This document shows positions 57,343-64,000 of a stretch of DNA of 64,000 nt, piece by piece. The translations under genes and the position numbers were made by a program. How positions within the stretch are numbered: position 1 is the first letter of the stretch; every line of letters begins with the position of its first letter. Origin of the DNA: Hormiphora californensis (lineage: Eukaryota; Animalia; Ctenophora); assembly GCA_020137815.1 (NCBI GenBank), contig CM035357.1, positions 744,001-808,000 on the forward strand. Reading direction: 5' to 3'. The notes beneath the pieces are model-generated. The model saw only the letters and a list, made by a program, of their open reading frames with translations. It had not been told where the DNA came from and made no database searches.

Positions 57343-58753
57343 CGCGAAAAACAGTGAAAATAAGGGGTATACAGAACTCGGCAATTAGAAGGAGTAGAAA
57401 GGTGTTCTAGGGTGCGTTCGAAAGCTGTCGAGGTCCTAAAGTAATTGGAATGTAATTGGAAGTAATTACATGTAATTAAAATGTAATTAAAGGGTAATTG
57501 CATGTAATTAAAGGATCTAAATGACCCCAAATGACAATTCAGACATATTTTGACATATTTGGAGGCCCTGAGACCAGCGGGTGGCCAAATTTAATCCGGT
57601 TTCGGGTCGGCTGACGTAAAAACTCCGCGTTTTGGTCGAGATAAACCTATAAGCCATAAATAATCTCAGACGACAATAAACTGAACAAAATGTAAACATA
57701 ACTGACATTTACACACAAATACAAAGAGCCCCCCTTCCCATGTGCTGCCTCCCGTAGCAAGGGAGAGAAGTTCCACACCTGTCAACACCCAATTAGACCC
57801 CTTAGAGATAACCATATGAGGTGAAACATACATCATTGTTCATGATTTTCCACGTAGTGTCATAATAAGTCAAAAATAGAAAATTGATTTTCGGGTCAGA
57901 GGGCCTTTAAAATCTGGGTGCCTTTCATTGCTAACAATTCGTAGTTTTAGCGCGCGCGACGGGTTAGGGCTATCCGTTAGGGTCTGGTTAGGGTTTGGTT
58001 TGGGGTTATCGGTTAGGGCTATCGATTCTCTATCAGTTACCGTTTAGTTTACTCAAATTGGCCATGTGGTTGAGTGGCTATAGCCGTTTGAAAAAAGTCG
58101 GTCTAAGTGTACTCTTTTGGCAGCGCGCACCTGTAAACACGCTGCAAGGCACCCAGATTATAATCGCGCCCGAACAGAACTTTTGTTTTTAGTTCCACTT
58201 TGTTTTTAGTTGAAAAGCGCTGCCTTATCCCGCGGCGTTTGCACTTTGCCGATGTTTTTAGCATTTTATTTTTTGCAAAAATGTCTCTGTTTCTTGGCAC
58301 GCGTGATGGCTACAATCCCCTCTTATTCGTACCCCCACAAGGAAGCCGGAAGCGCCTGCAGAGTATGCCAACTTTATTTCCCTTCCAGATTCCAGACTCC
58401 AGTAAAGTTACATTTACATTTACATAATATCCATTTAGCTTCAAAATAAACGGGTTATGGACGACGAGCCTTTTCATTGCCTGTTATACAGTTGGCTCCT
58501 CCAATGTGATTCAATTGGAAAGTTACGAAATCAGGTACAACTGACTCTACTTTTTATAATAATAAATACTAGTAGGCCCGTTCGCCCTACGGGCGAATTT
58601 CGGGGAAATGGTAGCTTGATTAGGGAACGCTGACATCACCTGCACCATCCGTTCCTAGCCTATCTCTCACTTTCTCCCTTCTCATGGTGTTGTACGCTCT
58701 GGGCTTCCTGACAATGTCAAGGTCCGAATTTAAGAGATCAATGTCAGGGAGGT
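57343..58753 (+). repeat. First copy of a direct duplication of at least 1.4 kb (repeat-derived sequence plus flank)
   Basis: Collinear with 62595-64000 apart from small indels. Confidence 0.92.
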
Positions 58754-59231
58754 ACAGTGCTGTTCCAGAAACTCATCACGTGAAAACTTGGCCGCTATGT
58801 AGCCAATTCAGAGATTTCTATATTCGACTGGAGTAATCACCCTTGGGCGAGGTTGGGCAAAGGCTTTACCGTAAAGCTATCCTCAGTGGTTGATTGGCTC
58901 GCTTGAACACGTTGGCGTAATCTGTCATATTCTCTAGCCTGCTCTCTGACAGCAGCAGATCTTCTGGACCCATATAACCGTTGTCGAATAGCGCTTGGGG
59001 TGGAAGAGCTAGACATCAGGATTCAGGACAGAAGTAAAAGAATGCACGTGCAGAATTGAATTCCCCCTTGGTACCCAGTTCTGCAACCGGGAGAGATCTC
59101 TCCAGGTCGCTCTAATAATTGCACGTGCAAGACTTGTACTTAGTGTAGTTGCTAGGTGATCACCGTTACACAATTTGCTTAGTAAGTAGTATGATGGTGA
59201 AATAGTTTATAAAGTTCCAACTTCACTTCAG

Positions 59232-62200
59232 ATCAACACAACAAAGACTCTCCAACGCCTTATCCTTGACATTGATACAATACCGCTCTTGGAATTTAAC
59301 AGTTTACTAGGCAACTGCCTTATCGGAAACTACCCTCTGTTCTGTTCCATGGTTCAAGATATCTTATTTGAGGAGCTTGATGACTTAGTTACCTCTAAAA
59401 ACGAGCTGCATGTCGTGGTTCGTCCAAGCTCTGTTGTCCATGTTCCGAACCCAGCACCTGATTCAAACAGCCTTGTAAGTTGACCACACTTGATATCACC
59501 ATATTATTATCTTGACCCTGAAAAACTATTTTTTCATCAGGCATCATACCTAATCATATCACATATTCTTGCCAAGTTGGACTGTTATTCGCGCGCCCCG
59601 CGGGCGAATAACAGTCTTGTTTTTATAAAATAAAATAAAAGTCTTGTTTTTGTAAAATAAAATAAAAGAGTTTGTACAAAACAACACATATTCACCGTAC
59701 TGCAGGTGAACTTTTGGGGTTCAGTCGTCAGTATCACGACACCTCCACAGCCATACACACAATCCACCAAGTACAGATGCCCCATTGAGACGTGCAAGGG
59801 AAACAATGATCCCGCTCACATCAGGTTGTTATCCAATGATTATTTTTATCAGGTTGCCACATTGTCACATAATTACTTGTATATTCTACTCCCATTCTAC
59901 AGCATTTCATGGGCATTTAATTGAGATCATGGTTATGAATTTCATGCTTTTTAATTGGAATACTTACTTGGATCCGAACCGGCCTGTCATTTTTATCCTT
60001 ATAAAGTATGGAATTATACTCCGATCAATTCAAATATATTGTTGTTGGCTAGATTTCTATGTTAAGATACAGTTTGATCGGGAGAGGTTGCTATTGTGTG
60101 TGTGTTAGTATGATGTCATGATAATGTGTTCAGTAGTGTTCAGTAGCAGTAGTGCTTACATTCGTTAATGCTGCTTCCAAATGCCTCTATCTCGTACAAG
60201 TGTATACACGCGTTTGTGCTCTGATGTTGCCTGATCACAACAACTTCCACAAGACGTACTGATCCACACTTTATTGTGTGAGATGCATTAACGGTATCCA
60301 GTGTTAGAGTGCCACAAAGAATCTCCTGTCCACTGATCATATCTTCTATGTAAATCCGGGCTCCTTTAAACCGGTAGTAGTGCGAGTTGTTAGTGTGGGT
60401 AGGGTAAATAACAACGTGATCGATCCACGTGGGCCATCTCAACAACAGTTTTAGCCATATCGCTTGGGTGCTGCATTCGGAGTGAGCGTAGGTTCCAAAA
60501 TTTCCATCAATGGAATTGCTAGCCTGTTCTGAACGAAACGTGGACGATAGTCTGGCATCTTCAAAAGGGACTTGGGACTGCTTTATGCACAGGGTTGGGT
60601 TTATTACAGCCATTGTAATTAATCCTAGAGTAAGGGTGTTGGCCATTCTTGAAAATAAATACGTTGTTAGCTGCTATTCAGGCATAAATGCTATTTATAG
60701 CCGAAATTTAAAAAATATGTTTGCCCAAGAGAGCCACAAAAAGTGTTAGAATGCCGAATACAAATGATATCGTTAGATTGCGAGCTGGCTATTAATATTC
60801 TCTCTCTCCATCTCTCCCCCTCGCATAATGGGTTAAGCGATTACGATGGAAGAATGAAGATTTAGAGAGAATCTTATGTTTTACCTTAGTAAGCAAGGAA
60901 AAGTATAAGCAAGGAAAAGTATAAGCCCGTGCCCTGTTTTAATAGCATTCAATCGTCAGATGGGTTATATCCAGAGAGAGAATTATAAGCATAAAGCATT
61001 ATTATGCACGTGGATAATATTATTATATCGCGTTGTTATGTTCTAACCCTTATGTTCGATGAGACATGGTCGAGCAAGGCAAATATCGTGAGGGATGTAA
61101 CGGACGGCTAATAATAATAGTTTTGTCCAGGATTAAAACTGCCACCTCAATCCCCTCCATCTAATAGATATATTTCTCTGCTGCCGGATTCAAACTGCAT
61201 CCATTTAGTACAAACCAGGAATCGACCGAAACAAGTAAACAACCAATCAGAACTCGTTATATAGGTCACGTGACTGGTTATCAGCCAATCAGGGACCAGT
61301 ATTTCCTGATTCGGTCGGTTCCTGGTACAAACATATTTCTCATCCCGGCAGGATTCAAACCGCCTCCTCACGCGAGAGTGATGTCATCAGCACCAATCTC
61401 CGGTGTTTGTTCTGTGGAGAGGGACTCTTTGAGGACGTGACGTCACGTGTCATTGGAGAGAGGGTCGAAGCAAGTATCGGAGTCAAGGGAGAGGGGTATT
61501 TCGTGACACAGACAATTAAGATGATTGTCAGGGATGAACTTATACAAAACTTGTTTTTAGGTAAACTATCAACTGATTCAGTCGTCATTTCATTACACAT
61601 CTGGTAAGAAAGGATTGTTTCTCTTAACTGGTGGGCGGACTCTAGTGCTAACGGACTCTATATCTAAACCCAATGAGGACTCTATATCTAACCCTAACCT
61701 TTACACTAACCCCTAACCTCGAACCCAAATAACAGTCCTAACACTTCTAAACGAGTATAGAGTCACAGCAAACTCTCGCTTCCGGCCTAACGGCCGAAAT
61801 CTCGAGTTCGCATTTCGTGATTTTTGCACTAGAGTCCGCTTACCCTCTTAACTCAGGAAAGTATTTCGCCCTCATCCCCCAGTTAATGTGTTCCCCTCAT
61901 ACCAGTAAATGTTTTCCCCTCATCTCAAACTAAATTTGTTCCCCTCACCCCTCACTAGTAAATGTGTTCCCCTTATCCCAAACTAAATTTGTTCCCCTCA
62001 TCCCCAGGTGACAGTGTAGCGGTGGTAGGTCTGTACTCAACTAAACACAGCGGGGAGAGCGTCTACAGAATTCTAGATGTCCTCTCCGTTACGCCCATCA
62101 CAGTTCCAGTTCCTTGCCTCCTTCCCGGATCTCTAAGAGATATCTGCGAGGCACGGAATCGATCACCATGGCAACTCCTCTCCTTGTTAGCATACTGTAT

Positions 62201-62594
62201 CACACCTGCCGACACACCACAGGGTACTACCGCGGATGATTATTGAATTTTAATATCTGATATGTCCCGCAACATTATGTTTTGTGAGGCACTGACTGTA
62301 CATCGCGCACCCCGCAAGTACTCTTCGTACCCCGCCTTCGGCCCGGTACGAAGAAGACGGTCTTATAGGAGACAAATTATATTCCACTCATTTCATTCAA
62401 TACGTATTTCCCCCACAGGTGCATTTCACACATTGAAGCAGCTCCTTCTCCTGGCCCTAATCAGGACCCCAGCCCCCATCACCAGTCCAACCTCCCCACT
62501 ATTCCTTGGCACGGCCCACCCACGACACACCCCAACCCTGAATATTCTGGTACAAGCACGAGACACACGGGCTGTAGCTAGAGTACTGGATCAC
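59232..62594 (+). CDS. MCMDC2: MCM domain-containing protein 2 (meiotic MCMDC2), N-terminal half; exons 59232-59474, 59706-59824, 61352-61560, 62008-62223, 62419-62594 (truncated); start exon unresolved
   Basis: Phase-consistent exons give LEFNSLLGNCL / GSVVSITT..YTQSTKYRC..C / RESDVISTNLRCLFCGEGLFEDVTSRVIGE..QTIKMIVRDELIQNLFLG / SPWQLLSLLA..TPQGAFHTLKQLLLLAL..LNILVQARDT. These match MCMDC2 as I recall it (KYTQGARFLC, CNLCASSLQED..RVLGD, QSLTIFLRDE, TPPGTYNLLKL, LDILIITSDT). Confidence 0.8.
60140..60646 (-). CDS. Small secreted F5/8 type C (discoidin/fucolectin-like) protein nested antisense in an MCMDC2 intron
   Basis: Hydrophobic N-terminus; ASNSIDGNFGTYAHS, IWLKL, LCGTL, CIHLYEIEAFG. A GTAAG donor near 60161 suggests a short further exon. 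Confidence 0.8.
   Translation of the reverse strand: MANTLTLGLITMAVINPTLCIKQSQVPFEDARLSSTFRSEQASNSIDGNFGTYAHSECSTQAIWLKLLLRWPTWIDHVVIYPTHTNNSHYYRFKGARIYIEDMISGQEILCGTLTLDTVNASHTIKCGSVRLVEVVVIRQHQSTNACIHLYEIEAFGSSINECKHYCY
61216..61324. mobile_element. hAT-like MITE copy, TSD GTACAAAC
   Basis: TIRs plus exact 8-bp flanking duplication. Confidence 0.9.
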
Positions 62595-64000
62595 CGCGAA
62601 AAACAGTGAAAATAGGGGTATACGAACTCGGCAATTAGAAGGAGTAGAAAGGTGTTCTAGGGTGCGTTCGAAAGCTGTCGAGGTCCTAAAGTAATTGGAA
62701 TGTAATTGGAAGTAATTACATGTAATTAAAATGTAATTAAAGGGTATGCATGTAATTAAAGGATCTAATGACCCCAAATGACAATTCAGACATATTTTGA
62801 CATATTTGGAGGCCCTGAGACCAGCGGGTGGCCAAATTTAATCCGGTTTCGGGTCGGCTGACGTAAAAACTCCGCGTTTTGGTCGAGATAAACCTATAAG
62901 CCATAAATAATCTCAGACGACAATAAACTGAACAAAATGTAAACATAACTGACATTTACACACAAATACAAAGAGCCCCCCTTCCCATGTGCTGCCTCCC
63001 GTAGCAAGGGAGGAAGTTCCACACCTGTCAACACCCAATTAGACCCCTTAGAGATAACCATATGAGGTGAAACAACATCATTGTTCATGATTTTCCACGT
63101 AGTGTCATAATAGTCAAAAATAGAAAATTGATTTTCGGGTCAGAGGGCCTTTAAAATCTGGTGCCTTTCATTGCTAACAATTCGTAGTTTTAGCGCGCGC
63201 GACGGGTTAGGCTATCCGTTAGGGTCTGGTTAGGGTTGGTTTGGGGTTATCGGTTAGGGCTATCGATTCTCTATCAGTTACCGTTTAGTTTACTCAAATT
63301 GGCCATGTGGTTGAGTGGCTATAGCCGTTTGAAAAAGTCGGTCTAAGTGTACTCTTTTGGCAGCGCGCACCTGTAAACACGCTGCAAGGCACCCAGATTA
63401 TAATCGCGCCCGAACAGAACTTTTGTTTTAGTTCCACTTTGTTTTTAGTTGAAAAGCGCTGCCTTATCCGCGGCGTTTGCACTTTGCCGATGTTTTTAGC
63501 ATTTTTATTTTTTGCAAAAATGTCTCTGTTTCTTGGCACGCGTGATGGCTACAATCCCCTCTTATTCGTAAATCGTACGAATCGTACCCCCACAAGGAAG
63601 CCGGAAGCGCCTGCAGAGTATGCCAACTTTGTTTCCCTTCCAGACTCAGTAAAGTTACATTTACATTTACATAATATCCATTTACTATTTAGCTTCAAAA
63701 TAAACGGGTTATGGACGACGAGCCTTTTCTGCCTGTTATACGTTGGCTTCTCCATTGTGATTCAATTGGAAAATTACGAAATCAGGTACTGACTTTACTT
63801 TTTATAATAATAAATACTAGTAGGCCCGTTCGCCCTACGGGCGAATTTCGGGGAAATGGTAGCTTGATTAGGGAACGCTGACATCACCTGCACCATCCGT
63901 TCCTAGCCTATCTCTCACTTTCTCCCTTCTCATGGTGTTGTACGCTCTGGGCTTCCTGACAATGTCAAGGTCGAATTTAAGAGATCAATGTCAGGGAGGT
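62595..64000 (+). repeat. Second copy of the 57343-58753 segment, continuing past the window end
   Basis: Collinear match; begins abruptly inside an MCMDC2 exon. Confidence 0.92.

Noticed and set aside
58600-59185. Protein-like short frames on both strands, including a possible MCMDC2 first exon
   Set aside because: Could not build a stop-free, phase-consistent model.

Overview
Eukaryotic (animal) genomic DNA with GT-AG spliced genes, no prokaryotic features. It is most likely a ctenophore (Pleurobrachia/Hormiphora-like). That assignment is an inference from the LDLa-rich GPCR, the nested intronic genes and a 109-bp MITE I recall from Pleurobrachia gene models. Genes: ANKMY2 (minus, runs off the left edge); a Q/Y/P-rich low-complexity protein (plus); a ~33-kb, ~50-exon MEGF8 gene (minus) hosting two nested secreted lectin-type genes (F5/8C-like and pentraxin); an LDLa-repeat 7TM GPCR (plus); and MCMDC2 (plus), which hosts a third nested F5/8C-like gene and is cut mid-exon by a direct duplication. 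Non-coding DNA is packed with non-autonomous DNA transposons (hAT-, Tc1/mariner-, Merlin- and Academ-like), many of them long foldback palindromes and several nested. The most striking pattern is that many intronic minisatellites are amplifications of the exon-intron junction itself (exon end plus GT donor, or AG acceptor plus exon start). These give arrays of up to ~18 near-identical splice sites. One array is in frame, and one is chimeric with a coding repeat 2 kb away. A 1.3-kb hairpin transposon also sits between a polypyrimidine tract and its AG. All exon boundaries were read by eye, and family assignments come from recalled similarity, not database searches.
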